Origin: Candidatus Bathyarchaeia archaeon
Lineage (GTDB): Archaea > Thermoproteota > Bathyarchaeia > Bathyarchaeales > Bathycorpusculaceae
Direction of reading: 5' to 3'
Length of the DNA stretch: 64,000 nt
Assembly (NCBI GenBank): GCA_049512075.1
Contig: JBEKXL010000002.1
Coordinates: forward strand, 32,001 to 96,000
Shown here in pieces: positions 20,549 to 30,925 of the stretch. A program made the position numbers and the translations under genes. Position 1 is the stretch's first letter. The number at the start of each line of letters is the position of its first letter. Under the pieces are notes generated by a model. The model saw nothing but the letters and a program-made list of their open reading frames with translations, did not search any database and was not told the origin of the DNA.

Positions 20549-22381
20549 GTGGAAGCTGGGGACTCGCTGAAACAGTCGATGGACGTTGCTGTTAAACGTT
20601 ATTCATCACTGTTCAGACTGCCCTCAGCGCGCAAAGTGCCCCTGCTGCTCTCACTCTTCTGCGTCGGAGGCGGCGTGCTTTCAACAATAATTCTTTTTCC
20701 AACTTTCTTAGGAATAGAGAAGGGCCTGCTCTTGGGCCTGGGTATTCTCTTCTCAAGTCTGTTTGCTGATTATGTCATCAGCGCACTGTTCCTGAAGAAA
20801 GATGCAGTCTTTGATTTGAGGAGAACTATGGCGCTTTCGATTTTTTGCTGGGGTGTGTGGCTGTTCTTCTTGTTCGTAGGCGCGGTCGTGGGTGCAGCAA
20901 CGTCTGATTTGAAATGGTGGATACGACTCAGTCTCCTAGGGTTCTCGGCAACACTGATTCTTCGTTTCACAGTTTTCAACGCAGTTTCCTCAACGACACG
21001 CAAGAGGCTGTTCGTGGCTTCTCTTCTTCAACCCTTTCTGAGCGTAGTTCCCTTTCTTGTTTTCTGGACAAGAATAGGTTATCCCTTTACTGTCACGGTC
21101 AGCATGCTTGCGTTTCTGTTTTCTTCGGTCGTCATCGGTTTTGCCGCGAGTTTCAGCTTTCTCTTTCTACTGAATCGGATGGGTAAGCAAGCGGTTGGAC
21201 TTCAATCTGTAACGCTTTTCAGAGCCTTCATGCTTAGCTGGGTGTCGAACTTGAACGCACCGTTCGAAGAACTTCTTGAGAAGTTGGGTGAAGAACGAGA
21301 AGTCGAGGTTTCCTTGATGAAGTTCGGTTCTCCCGATACGAAGGCGCTTTTGGTCGTTCCTTCCGTACACCCTGGGCCCTTCAAGAACATCGGGAGCAGC
21401 CTCCTGCCCGCCATGCTCAAGGCTGACTTGGAGAAGGAGTTCGGCTGCGTGGCATGCGTCCCTCACGGCCTCTTTGGTCACGAATACGATTTGGCCTCTC
21501 AGTTTCAGAACAAGAAGGTCATCGCCGATGTTATGGCATGCGTGAGAAGCTTGGAAACTCGAGACCAGAATGCCTCTCCGTTTGTGACGGTCAGTAACGG
21601 TCTGGCTACTGCTTGCTGTCAGCTGTTCGGAAAATCTGCTTTCATATCTTTCACACTTGCCCCGAAGACCATCGAGGATTTGCCGGAGGAGTTAGGTATA
21701 TTTGTGCGTGAACAAGCAGAGAAACGCGGTCTGGATCTCTGCGCGGTCGTGAACGCGCACAACAGCATCGACGCAACGGCGGAAATGCCGGACTCCTTGG
21801 CTTCATTGAAAGACGTTGCAACCAAGTGCCTAGACAAGGCGCTGTCGCTCAAGCAGTCGCCGTTCGAAGTCGGTGTTGCCTCTGTGTTGCCCGAGGAGTT
21901 CAGTCTTGAAGACGGGATGGGATCCGGCGGCATCACGGTCGTCGTGATCAAGGCTGGTCAGCAGAAGGCTGCCTACGTGGTCATCGATGGTAACAACATG
22001 GTTTCTGGACTGCGTGAACGAATCCTTTCGTCACTGCTTTCCATAGGCATGGACGCGGGCGAGATCTTCACGACCGACACACACGCGGTGAACGCTTTGA
22101 TATTGACCGAACATGGCTACCACTCTGTCGGCGAGGCTATCGAAAACGAAAAGCTCATCAGCTACATCAAAGATGCGACGCACTCCGCATTAGCCAAGCT
22201 GGTGAGTGTGGGGGTTTCATGTCGCAACATGACGGTTCCCAGCGTGAAGGTCATCGGAGCAAAGCAGCTTGAAGCGTTGTGCCTTTTGATAGACAAAGTG
22301 ATTCAAAGAGCTAAAAGAGCGGTTGTCCCAGTCTTCGGAGTCAGTGGACTGCTTCTTATGTTGCTTTTATTGCTTGTTTGA
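20549..22381 (+). CDS. DUF2070-type membrane protein
   Basis: Several N-terminal TMs; VHPGPF, PHG..H, AHN, DGNN, TTDTH motifs. Confidence 0.85.
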   Translation: MEAGDSLKQSMDVAVKRYSSLFRLPSARKVPLLLSLFCVGGGVLSTIILFPTFLGIEKGLLLGLGILFSSLFADYVISALFLKKDAVFDLRRTMALSIFCWGVWLFFLFVGAVVGAATSDLKWWIRLSLLGFSATLILRFTVFNAVSSTTRKRLFVASLLQPFLSVVPFLVFWTRIGYPFTVTVSMLAFLFSSVVIGFAASFSFLFLLNRMGKQAVGLQSVTLFRAFMLSWVSNLNAPFEELLEKLGEEREVEVSLMKFGSPDTKALLVVPSVHPGPFKNIGSSLLPAMLKADLEKEFGCVACVPHGLFGHEYDLASQFQNKKVIADVMACVRSLETRDQNASPFVTVSNGLATACCQLFGKSAFISFTLAPKTIEDLPEELGIFVREQAEKRGLDLCAVVNAHNSIDATAEMPDSLASLKDVATKCLDKALSLKQSPFEVGVASVLPEEFSLEDGMGSGGITVVVIKAGQQKAAYVVIDGNNMVSGLRERILSSLLSIGMDAGEIFTTDTHAVNALILTEHGYHSVGEAIENEKLISYIKDATHSALAKLVSVGVSCRNMTVPSVKVIGAKQLEALCLLIDKVIQRAKRAVVPVFGVSGLLLMLLLLLV

Positions 22382-22440
22382 GCTAACCCTAATAAGGTTG
22401 AAGTTTTTCATGTTTAATTCCCAACTGGAGGGGTGAAGCA

Positions 22441-23010
22441 GTGATTAAAGAAATAAGGATCCACGGTCGTGGTGGACAGGGAAGCGTCACTGCCGCTGAG
22501 GTTCTGGCCCACGCTGCTTTTTTCGAAGGTAAATGCGTCCAAGCTTTCCCTTACTTCGGAGCAGAGCGACGAGGAGCCCCTGTTAAAGCCTTTGCGCGGA
22601 TAAGCGATGAACCGATGCTTGTGCACAGTCAGGTCTACACTCCTGACTATGTCATAGTGCTTGACCCTTACATCTACAAGGTTGTAGACGTTACAGAAGG
22701 CTTGAAGAAGAATGGAGTTATCGTCATCAACACCAAGAAGAAGCCTGAAGAAATCGGGTTGAAAGGTTGGCGGGTGGCGACGGTCGACGCGACTGGCATC
22801 GCCTTGGAGCTAGGCCTGCTCGTGGCCGGCTCTCCTGTGGTTAACACTTCGATTCTTGGGGCTTTCGCCAAAGCCACTGACGAGGTAAAACTTGAGAGTG
22901 TTTTGAAAGCCGTGAGAGAAACTTGGTCAGGTGTTGCCGGGGAGAAGAACTCGAAAGCAACGGAACTGGCCTATGAACGGCTGACCAAGTGGTGGGATGG
23001 TGAGGCCTGA
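22441..23010 (+). CDS. porG: Pyruvate/2-oxoacid:ferredoxin oxidoreductase gamma subunit
   Basis: EIRIHGRGGQG, FGAERRGAPV. Confidence 0.95.
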   Translation: MIKEIRIHGRGGQGSVTAAEVLAHAAFFEGKCVQAFPYFGAERRGAPVKAFARISDEPMLVHSQVYTPDYVIVLDPYIYKVVDVTEGLKKNGVIVINTKKKPEEIGLKGWRVATVDATGIALELGLLVAGSPVVNTSILGAFAKATDEVKLESVLKAVRETWSGVAGEKNSKATELAYERLTKWWDGEA

Positions 23011-23294
23011 TGACTGCGGTTCCGATGAAACGTAAAGACCTTCCGATAACCCCGCTTTCTTGCCCAACTGTCGGAAGCATGGGAAAAACAGGGTCCTGGA
23101 GAACCTTCCGCCCTGAAATTAACTACTCTAAATGCACAAGGTGCACTCTGTGTTGGGTCTACTGCCCAGACGCGGCTATAACGAGGGAGGAAGATGACTC
23201 TCCAAAGATCGATTACGACTACTGCAAGGGCTGTGGAATATGCGCCAACGAGTGTCCGACCAAGGCGATAATGATGAAGAGGGAGGAAGAATAG
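23010..23294 (+). CDS. porD: Pyruvate/2-oxoacid:ferredoxin oxidoreductase delta subunit
   Basis: TGSWRTFRP, two CxxCxxCxxxCP motifs. Confidence 0.95.
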   Translation: MTAVPMKRKDLPITPLSCPTVGSMGKTGSWRTFRPEINYSKCTRCTLCWVYCPDAAITREEDDSPKIDYDYCKGCGICANECPTKAIMMKREEE

Positions 23295-24473
23295 ATGGGG
23301 CAAACGATCATCGACACGGCGAACCACATTGCCGGTTACGCGGCAAGAGCAGCTCGGGTCAAAGTTGTTGCAGCATACCCGATTACTCCTCAGACAACCA
23401 TTGTCGAGAAAATCGCGGAGTTTGTTGAAAACCATGAGATGGACGCAGAGTTCATCCGTGTGGAATCGGAACACAGCGCGATGGTGGCTTGTATAGGCGC
23501 CGCTGCAACTGGGGTCAGAACGTTCACAGCGACGTCTGCGCACGGTTTGGCTCTTATGCACGAGGCTTTGCACTGGGCGTCTGGCTCACGCCTGCCGATA
23601 GTGATGCCCGTTGTCAACCGCGCCATGGGGGCGCCTTGGAGCATATGGCCCGACTTGAGCGACTCGCTTTCTCAGCGGGACACGGGGTGGATCCAGTTCT
23701 ACTGCGCTGACAACCAAGAAGTATTCGACACGATAATTCAAGCCTACAAACTCTGTGAGGATGAGCGCGTGTTTCTCCCCGCCATGGTGTGCCTTGAAGG
23801 CTTCATCTTATCACACACTTACACCCCTGCAAAGATTCCGGATCAAGAAGAAATCGATGCTTACCTGCCGCCTTACAAGGCCGGCTGGGCTCTAGACGTT
23901 GACCATCCCTGCTCCCACGCAAACCTGGTCTCGCCTGAATGGTACATGGAGTTCCGCTACATGATTCAGGAAGCGATGGACAACGCGAAGAAACTCATTC
24001 CACAAATCGACAAAGAGTATGGAAAACGCTTCGGCTCCGAGTACGGAGGTCTCGTTGAGAAATACAAGTGCGAGGATGCAGACCTGATAATGCTCACGAT
24101 GGGAACCATCGGAAGTGAAGCCAAACTGGCCGTGGACAAGCTGCGCAAGGACGGACTAAAGGTCGGGTCAGCAAGAGTCCGCGTGTACCGCCCGTTCCCG
24201 GTGGAAGAAATAATGAAGCTTGCAGAAAACACCCACCTGCTTGCAACGATAGACCGCCACATCTCCTTCGGCATGGAAGGGTTTCTAGCCTCAGAAACCA
24301 AAGCCTCCCTGTTCAACCAGAAAGACCGTCCTCTGGTCGCAGGCTTCATCGCTGGGCTGGGAGGAAGAGACGTAACCTCTGAAACGATTGAAAAGATAGC
24401 CAAGAAATCGCTGAAGTCGATGAAGGACGGCAAGGTGGAAAAAGAAACCGAATGGGTCGACCTAAGAGAGTGA
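23295..24473 (+). CDS. porA: Pyruvate/2-oxoacid:ferredoxin oxidoreductase alpha subunit
   Basis: AYPITPQT, VESEHSA, GLGGRD. Confidence 0.95.
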   Translation: MGQTIIDTANHIAGYAARAARVKVVAAYPITPQTTIVEKIAEFVENHEMDAEFIRVESEHSAMVACIGAAATGVRTFTATSAHGLALMHEALHWASGSRLPIVMPVVNRAMGAPWSIWPDLSDSLSQRDTGWIQFYCADNQEVFDTIIQAYKLCEDERVFLPAMVCLEGFILSHTYTPAKIPDQEEIDAYLPPYKAGWALDVDHPCSHANLVSPEWYMEFRYMIQEAMDNAKKLIPQIDKEYGKRFGSEYGGLVEKYKCEDADLIMLTMGTIGSEAKLAVDKLRKDGLKVGSARVRVYRPFPVEEIMKLAENTHLLATIDRHISFGMEGFLASETKASLFNQKDRPLVAGFIAGLGGRDVTSETIEKIAKKSLKSMKDGKVEKETEWVDLRE

Positions 24474-24478
24474 ACAAG

Positions 24479-25405
24479 ATGGTGACCGTGAAAGAGCTTC
24501 CGAGGGAAGAATACTTGCTCAAGGGGCACGCTGCCTGCGCAGGCTGCGGTCCGGCCATTTCCCTTCGACTGCTTTTCAAGGCGTTGGGGAACAAGATAAT
24601 CCTGGTCGTACCCGCGTGCTGCACAACTGTGATACAGGGGCCATATCCCTACACTTCGTTCGCTGTTCCCCTTCAGAACATCCTGTTCGAAGCCACAGGC
24701 GCCGCGGCATCCGGAATCACTGCAGCCCTCCGCATGAGAAAACTTGAGGATATAACAGTCGTCGGCTGGGCAGGAGACGGCGGTACAGCCGACATAGGAA
24801 TTCAAGCACTATCCGGAGCGGCTGAAAGAGAAACCAACTTCATATACATCTGCTACGACAACGAAGCTTACGGCAACACCGGGATGCAGCGTAGCGGAGC
24901 AACACCGTACGGCGCATGGACAACCACGACACCATTTGGCAAGAAGGAACGAAAGAAAGACATGCCCTTAATCATGGCCGCACACAGAATACCCTACGTG
25001 GCCACGGCCTGCACATCCTACCCGATGGACTTTGTAAGCAAGCTGAGAAAGGCCAGGGACATCAAGGGCACGAAGTACATTCATCTTCTGACGCCTTGTC
25101 CAACTGGATGGCGGTACGACACGAGCAAAACCGTTGAAATAGGCCGACTTGCGGTGCAGACTGGCATGTGGGTTCTTTACGAGATTGAAGACGGGAAGTT
25201 CAGGCTCAACTCTCCAAGCGACCGCCTCGTCGACAAGTCCAAGCGCAAGCCCATCAAGGAATACTTTGCCACGCAGGGCCGCTTCCGCGGTCTGGCCGAG
25301 GATGACTTCGGAAAGATCCAGAAGTGGGTTGACGAAGACTGGGAGAACTACCGTAAGCTCGCCTCAACCTGTGTGTCTGATCCGGCTCTGTACGGAAAAA
25401 TATAA
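24479..25405 (+). CDS. porB: Pyruvate/2-oxoacid:ferredoxin oxidoreductase beta subunit
   Basis: GHAACAGCG, GDGGTADIG, YDNEAYGNTGMQRS, PCPTGW. Confidence 0.95.
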   Translation: MVTVKELPREEYLLKGHAACAGCGPAISLRLLFKALGNKIILVVPACCTTVIQGPYPYTSFAVPLQNILFEATGAAASGITAALRMRKLEDITVVGWAGDGGTADIGIQALSGAAERETNFIYICYDNEAYGNTGMQRSGATPYGAWTTTTPFGKKERKKDMPLIMAAHRIPYVATACTSYPMDFVSKLRKARDIKGTKYIHLLTPCPTGWRYDTSKTVEIGRLAVQTGMWVLYEIEDGKFRLNSPSDRLVDKSKRKPIKEYFATQGRFRGLAEDDFGKIQKWVDEDWENYRKLASTCVSDPALYGKI

Positions 25406-25476
25406 GGCAAGGTCCATGAAATAGACTGCCTTACGATGCAAACCACTGATAATCAACTGAAGAAGAGTGATTGAAA

Positions 25477-25836
25477 ATGACGGAACAAGAGCCCAACAAT
25501 ACCGAGAGAAAAGAGAAAGCGAAAAGAGCCCCGCGAACTACCCCACAGAGCAACCCGCAGGGCGCCGCCGGAAGCGTCGTGTTCGTCGGAAACAAGCCAG
25601 TGATGAACTACGTGCTTGCCTGCATGATGCACCTCAACTCTGGTTCAAACAAGATCGTTGTCAAAGCCAGGGGGCGCGCAATTCCGAGAGCCGTGGACAC
25701 CGTTGAAGTGCTGAGACGCTCGTTTGCAAAAGGCGTCGAACTGGAAGGCATAAACCTGTCCACTGAGGAAGTCGACAGGGAGCAGGGCCAGAAGGCAAAG
25801 GTTTCAGCTATTGAAATATCGATAATCAAACAGTAG
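25477..25836 (+). CDS. albA: Chromatin protein Alba with N-terminal extension
   Basis: VFVGNKPVMNYV, KARGRAI.RAVD, VSAIEI. Confidence 0.93.
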   Translation: MTEQEPNNTERKEKAKRAPRTTPQSNPQGAAGSVVFVGNKPVMNYVLACMMHLNSGSNKIVVKARGRAIPRAVDTVEVLRRSFAKGVELEGINLSTEEVDREQGQKAKVSAIEISIIKQ

Positions 25837-25981
25837 CCAGCTTCTCTTTCCCGCAGAGCTAACGGACTGTCTGAAAATCAGTTTTGACTGTTGACCCCTA
25901 ACGTTTCTTTTCATAGCGGGAGTATCGATAGCTATATAAAACCTCTTTTCTAATCGTTTAGCTCCAAGCTGGTGGCGTGCA

Positions 25982-27319
25982 ATGGCCGATTACCCCAAGA
26001 TAGTTGTTACTCCCCCCGGTCCGAAGGCGAGAGAACTCGTCAAGAAAGACGAGGAGTTCATTTCACCTTCGTACGGCAGGTTTTATCCTCTTGTCGTTGA
26101 ATCTGGCAAGGGCTGTATCGTGAAAGATGTTGACGGAAACGAGTTCATAGACTTCAACTCGGGCTTGGTGTGCATGGCCGTAGGTCACAATCATCCCAAG
26201 GTCGTTGCGGCCATAAAGAACCAGTGTGACCGTTTCCTGCACTATTCGAACACGGACTTTTTCTACAGAGAAGTCGTTGACCTCGCGGAGAAACTTGCCC
26301 AGATTACGCCTGGGGGTCCTGAGAAGAAAGTTTACTTTGGCAACAGCGGCGCTGAGGCGATTGAAGCAGCCGTTAAGCTTGCGAAGTGGCACAGTCGAAG
26401 ACAATTGTTCATCGGGTTCACAGGCGCCTTTCACGGACGGACGATAGGAGCCTTGTCCTTAACGGCAAGCAAGCCAACTCAGAAGCGTTACTTTTTCCCG
26501 CTTATGCCAGGCGTAACTCACGTGCCCTACGCGTACTGTTACCGTTGCGCCTACAAACTAACCTATCCTGACTGTCACTATTGGTGCGTGGACTTCATCG
26601 ATGAGCAGGTCCTGCAGAAGTACGTACCTCCTGAAGACACTGCGGCCATAGTCTTCGAGTCCATTCAGGGTGAAGGCGGGTACGTCGTGCCTCCTCCAGA
26701 GTACTTCCAGCGAATAAAGAAGTTGGCCGACAAGTACGGTCTGCTGCTCATCGACGATGAAGTGCAATCAGGCATGGGCAGGACTGGAAAATGGTTTGCA
26801 ATCGAACACTGGGGAGTCGAGCCCGACATAGTGTGCGCCGCGAAGGCTTTAGCATCAGGCCTGCCCTTGGGAGCAACGATTGCCAAAGCAAAAATCATGG
26901 ACTGGGTTCCAGGTTCGCACGCGAGCACGTTCGGCGGTAACCCGCTGTCCTGTGTTGCCGCGAGTGCAGTCATTGACGTTGTGAAGGAGGAGAAGCTTCT
27001 TGAGAACGCGAACAAGCAGGGCGCATATATCCTGAAGAGGCTGGGGGAGCTGAAGGAGCAGTGCGAAATCGTGGGTGATGTGAGAGGTAAAGGCTTGATG
27101 ATAGGAATGGAAATCGTCGAGGACAAAGAGAGCAAGAAGGCAGCCCCTCAGAAAGTCACCGAGATCATGATGCGCTCATGGAAACGTGGTATCAACGTTA
27201 TCAGTTGCGGAGCTTCAACCATAAGAATTGCGCCGCCTCTAATCATCACAAGAGATCTTGTAGATTCCGCGTTGGACATAATTGGAGACGTAACGAAAGA
27301 AGTTGGAAAAGAAACGTAA
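25982..27319 (+). CDS. Class III aminotransferase (acetylornithine/4-aminobutyrate type)
   Basis: DVDGNEFIDF, NSGAEAIE, FHGRT, DEVQSGMGRTG, STFGGNP. Confidence 0.93.
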   Translation: MADYPKIVVTPPGPKARELVKKDEEFISPSYGRFYPLVVESGKGCIVKDVDGNEFIDFNSGLVCMAVGHNHPKVVAAIKNQCDRFLHYSNTDFFYREVVDLAEKLAQITPGGPEKKVYFGNSGAEAIEAAVKLAKWHSRRQLFIGFTGAFHGRTIGALSLTASKPTQKRYFFPLMPGVTHVPYAYCYRCAYKLTYPDCHYWCVDFIDEQVLQKYVPPEDTAAIVFESIQGEGGYVVPPPEYFQRIKKLADKYGLLLIDDEVQSGMGRTGKWFAIEHWGVEPDIVCAAKALASGLPLGATIAKAKIMDWVPGSHASTFGGNPLSCVAASAVIDVVKEEKLLENANKQGAYILKRLGELKEQCEIVGDVRGKGLMIGMEIVEDKESKKAAPQKVTEIMMRSWKRGINVISCGASTIRIAPPLIITRDLVDSALDIIGDVTKEVGKET

Positions 27320-27333
27320 TTCCCGTGTCCTGA

Positions 27334-27762
27334 ATGGAAATTCGAAGGCTGACAATAGCTGACTACGAAGAAATCACCAGCCTCTGGTCTCGAGCAAATC
27401 TGCCCTTCAAGCCTGAAGGAAGAGACAGCAGACAGGCAATTGCAATTCAGATAAGTGCAAACCCCGATTTCTTTCTCGGAGCATTCGAAGGTCGTCACCT
27501 TGTCGGAACGGTAGTCCTCAGCAGTGACATGCGAAAGGGCTGGATAAACCGATTGGCTGTTGACCCTGACTACAGGCGTCGCGGTGTGGCAAAGACCTTG
27601 ATTGAAGAGTCTGAGAAAACATTTAGAAACCATGGCCTCAGAATATTCTGCAGCTTAATCGAGGGTCCCAACAAGGCGTCGAAAGCGCTGTTCGAGAAGT
27701 GCGGGTACAGCGAATACACAGATGTTTCCTACTTCACTAAACGCGACAGCGACGCAGTCTAA
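27334..27762 (+). CDS. GNAT acetyltransferase
   Basis: LAVDPDYRRRGVA, N..S..LF.K.GY. Confidence 0.9.
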   Translation: MEIRRLTIADYEEITSLWSRANLPFKPEGRDSRQAIAIQISANPDFFLGAFEGRHLVGTVVLSSDMRKGWINRLAVDPDYRRRGVAKTLIEESEKTFRNHGLRIFCSLIEGPNKASKALFEKCGYSEYTDVSYFTKRDSDAV

Positions 27763-28598
27763 CCTTGTTTCTTGCCCACGAGGAGGAAGTGTTCAGCACT
27801 TCCCACGACTGACGGGTGCGTGCAGGTGTCAAGCAATATCTCAACCCACATCCTCCACTTTCCCTGATCCTTGTAAAGTCTGTTGGTTTCCTTCTTTTGA
27901 TGAGAGGACAGCCCTTCTAAACCCGCCATCTCCAGAACATCTGTGCCTCGCTGCTCGAAAAGCTCACGCAACTCTTCCGGCAAAAACCAGTGCGCTGCTG
28001 TGAAGCCTTCTCCCTGCAAACCTGGGACGTAATCACCGACTTCCAAGTGATGCTTCGCATACTGCATCTCTTGCGGAAAATTCACCATAATGGTTTTCAG
28101 TAGTCCAATGCGGCTTATGACTGAAACAAAAATCGGAGCCTTCTTCTTTGCAACACGTATAAGCTCATCTGCAGCCTTTTCCCTACGCTTAGGTTCGAGC
28201 AGATGGTTCAAGGGTCCACCCAAACACAGCACTGCGTCAAAAGATCCGTCGGAAAATGTTGACAGATCCTCCACGGAGCCCTGTACGAACTGTCTGGCTT
28301 TTCGCATGACTCCTGCCCGTTTCATTTTCTTTCTCGCCATTTCCAGCATTTCTGGAACAAGATCCAGGAGAACGATGCTGTAACCCTGCCTCGCCAATTC
28401 AATAGAATATCTGCCCGGTCCTCCACCTGCGTCCAAGACTGTACCGCGTCTTGGCAAGTATTTTTCAAGGAAACGCATGGTTACCATGAACTCTATCTGG
28501 TGATACGGATCCTGCTGCAGACGGCGCCATTCATGGCGGGCGTTACTTGCGTACCAATCTTTGACGATTCTGTCGACTTGCCTGTCAACGTCCTTCAT
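27759..28598 (-). CDS. Class I SAM-dependent methyltransferase
   Basis: VLDAGGGPGRY, FDAVLCLGG. Confidence 0.9.
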   Translation of the reverse strand: MKDVDRQVDRIVKDWYASNARHEWRRLQQDPYHQIEFMVTMRFLEKYLPRRGTVLDAGGGPGRYSIELARQGYSIVLLDLVPEMLEMARKKMKRAGVMRKARQFVQGSVEDLSTFSDGSFDAVLCLGGPLNHLLEPKRREKAADELIRVAKKKAPIFVSVISRIGLLKTIMVNFPQEMQYAKHHLEVGDYVPGLQGEGFTAAHWFLPEELRELFEQRGTDVLEMAGLEGLSSHQKKETNRLYKDQGKWRMWVEILLDTCTHPSVVGSAEHFLLVGKKQG

Positions 28599-28628
28599 GA
28601 CGTTTTCTTCAGCCTCTGAACGTGTTTC

Positions 28629-29204
28629 CTAGAAGTCGGCGGGCTTTGCTATTATTTCCCTTATTTTCATGTCGAAGAATCTGGCGGCGTTTGCGGGGTG
28701 TATGCGAAGTGCGGTGTCTGCTCCTCTTCCCGTGCCGGCGATTGCGACAACGTCTTTGTCAGCTGGGATCAGGCCAGCGTCTGCGGCCATCATGGTGATT
28801 TCGATGCACACTTTGGTTCCTTCTCCCAAGCGTCTGAGAACGTTGGCCATTAGTTCCAAAGGTTGGATTGTGCCAAAATCCTTGCGCACCGCGCGTTCGG
28901 CACTGCTTAGCGCATGGATGCCTGTGAATATTTTTGCGCCTTCAGCTAGTATCTGTTTCTTGTGTTCTTCCTGCAATTCGTTCTTTCCAGGTTCTTGGAA
29001 GCCGAAATTGTGTGTGACGACGACAACGTTTCGGCCTTTAAAAGTATTGGCCGCTCTTGCTCCTGTCTTACCGGTTGTTGAGGCAACAATGATGTCTCTT
29101 ATGTCTTCTTTTTCCACGTACTCTTTTGCAGATTTCAACAGGATGTCAGTGTTCTGTTCTCCTGCTTTGTCGAAATAGATTGTCTTCTTCTCGAATGAGC
29201 TCAT
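28629..29204 (-). CDS. Pyruvate kinase C-terminal-like (MTH1675/DUF1867-type) protein
   Basis: YF..AGEQNT, VASTTG.T, G.KVCIEI..MAADAG, GTGRGADTA. Confidence 0.85.
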   Translation of the reverse strand: MSSFEKKTIYFDKAGEQNTDILLKSAKEYVEKEDIRDIIVASTTGKTGARAANTFKGRNVVVVTHNFGFQEPGKNELQEEHKKQILAEGAKIFTGIHALSSAERAVRKDFGTIQPLELMANVLRRLGEGTKVCIEITMMAADAGLIPADKDVVAIAGTGRGADTALRIHPANAARFFDMKIREIIAKPADF

Positions 29205-29264
29205 GAGTTCGCCTCACTGTTTAGTTTGTAAGACTCTGGCTTTTGCTTTATAGTTTTGTGTTTT

Positions 29265-29813
29265 TTAATGGTTCAAACTGTTCTTTTTCAACGGTTTTCT
29301 CTTCAATTTTGTTCCGCAGACTTCGCATTTCTGTGACTCGTAGTTTGCTGGATATTTTTTGTGGCAGGCTGGGCAGTAGCGTATCCATTGTAGTCGGCGA
29401 CGAATTCCAAAGGTGGTTAAGGCGGCAAATTCGATGTTCATTTCGCTTGCAACGTTCTGTATCGAATAATCGTCTGTGGCAATCAGCGGAGTATAGCCGT
29501 CTGTCTTGAGTTCCAGAGCCAGTGCCAAGACTTGAAGGTCTGTCTCTGAAAGGAAAAAAGAGTCTCCCACAGCTGAGGCGAAGACTTTGGTCTTCTCTAA
29601 GAAGATTTTTTGCGGGTTTTTTACTGTGACTTTTCCGCTTTCCATGGCAGTTTTGAATCTAACCCCGGACATACTGTCTTCTGTTATCTCTTCTCTGACT
29701 TTTGGGGGAGTGTATTGTTCTTCGTTGATTGAGAACGGGTCAAAACCGGCAATGAGTGCGGACGTGTCTATGACTATTGCTCTTTTGCCTAGTTTGTCCG
29801 AGGGGCTTTTCAC
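29265..29813 (-). CDS. nob1: Nob1-family PIN endonuclease with Zn ribbon
   Basis: VIDTSA, LSETD, TDDYSIQNVA, C-terminal CPAC...CEVCG. Confidence 0.92.
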   Translation of the reverse strand: MKSPSDKLGKRAIVIDTSALIAGFDPFSINEEQYTPPKVREEITEDSMSGVRFKTAMESGKVTVKNPQKIFLEKTKVFASAVGDSFFLSETDLQVLALALELKTDGYTPLIATDDYSIQNVASEMNIEFAALTTFGIRRRLQWIRYCPACHKKYPANYESQKCEVCGTKLKRKPLKKNSLNH

Positions 29814-30649
29814 TTCATCCCTCGGAAGAGCAGCCTGCTCCTCAATCTGTGGTAGAAGTTCTCTCCAAATCGTATGAAGGATGTCTCGTTCTTGGAACGT
29901 GTGACGGTTAAACCCGGCTGTCTGCAGCTTACTAGCTGACGGCTGTGTCCATCGATGAGTATGTGAGTGTTCTTAGGTTTGTTGACTTCGATTGTGAGGA
30001 CTGAGTCCGCTGGAAAAACAATCGGGTGAAAAACGCTTAATGGACAAATGGGCGTCAGGACAAACGCGTCTACGCCAGGATCCAGCACAGGTCCTCCGGC
30101 TGAGAGAGAATATCCGGTGGAGCCGGTCTGTGTGGCCACCATCAGCCCGTCTGATTGACAGTTTATGATTGGATCTTTGTTTCTCAGGACACGTGTGTAA
30201 AGCAGTTTTGCGGGTTCATCGGCTGAGATGACAACTTCATTCAAAGCGTCTGGAAACTTGGCGCCGTCTGCAGTTACCGCGAGTTTCATGCACTTTTCAA
30301 TCTTGAATTCGCCGGCCAAACACTTGTCCACGGCGGAAAGAGCCTGTTTGGGATCAACTTCCGTGAGAAAGCCTCGAACACCCATGTTTATTGCAAGTAT
30401 AGGCGGCTCCGGCTTCGGAATCGAAAGGCACGTTCTGAGAATTGTTCCGTCGCCGCCAACGGTGATTATGAAATCGGGTTTCATCTTTTCTATCGGAATA
30501 GCTTCTAGTGTGCTGTTCATTTTTCCAGCTAATGTGTCTTCCGCGTATACTGCTAATCCGTTTGCTTTCAGATGTTCGGTTAGGTCGTCGGCGAGTTTCA
30601 GGGCGTTCTTTCTGTCGAAACGCACGACCAAGCCTACGCTTTTGAACAC
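29810..30649 (-). CDS. nadK: NAD kinase
   Basis: GGDGTIL, ALNE, DG..VATQTGSTGYSLSAGGP. Confidence 0.95.
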   Translation of the reverse strand: MFKSVGLVVRFDRKNALKLADDLTEHLKANGLAVYAEDTLAGKMNSTLEAIPIEKMKPDFIITVGGDGTILRTCLSIPKPEPPILAINMGVRGFLTEVDPKQALSAVDKCLAGEFKIEKCMKLAVTADGAKFPDALNEVVISADEPAKLLYTRVLRNKDPIINCQSDGLMVATQTGSTGYSLSAGGPVLDPGVDAFVLTPICPLSVFHPIVFPADSVLTIEVNKPKNTHILIDGHSRQLVSCRQPGLTVTRSKNETSFIRFGENFYHRLRSRLLFRGMK

Positions 30650-30925
30650 GGGCGTTCCACCTTTAACCTACTACCGACACCTTAATCTATAATATAAAAG
30701 GCTTTTCGAAGAGTTCAGCTCGTTCATTAGCAAAAGTGCACAGGAGATTCAGGCAGATTATGAGGCTTTTGACGATGGAACATTCGGAAGGAAATATGCT
30801 CAATATATCATTGCTTGGATTGCGTAACTGACCCAAAAAAGGAATCTGACTGCGCGCGCGGACGCTTTGTTCTTCTGCAAAAACGCGCAGGTCGTGATGG
30901 TACCCAGCTTTGCTAGAGGCGTGGG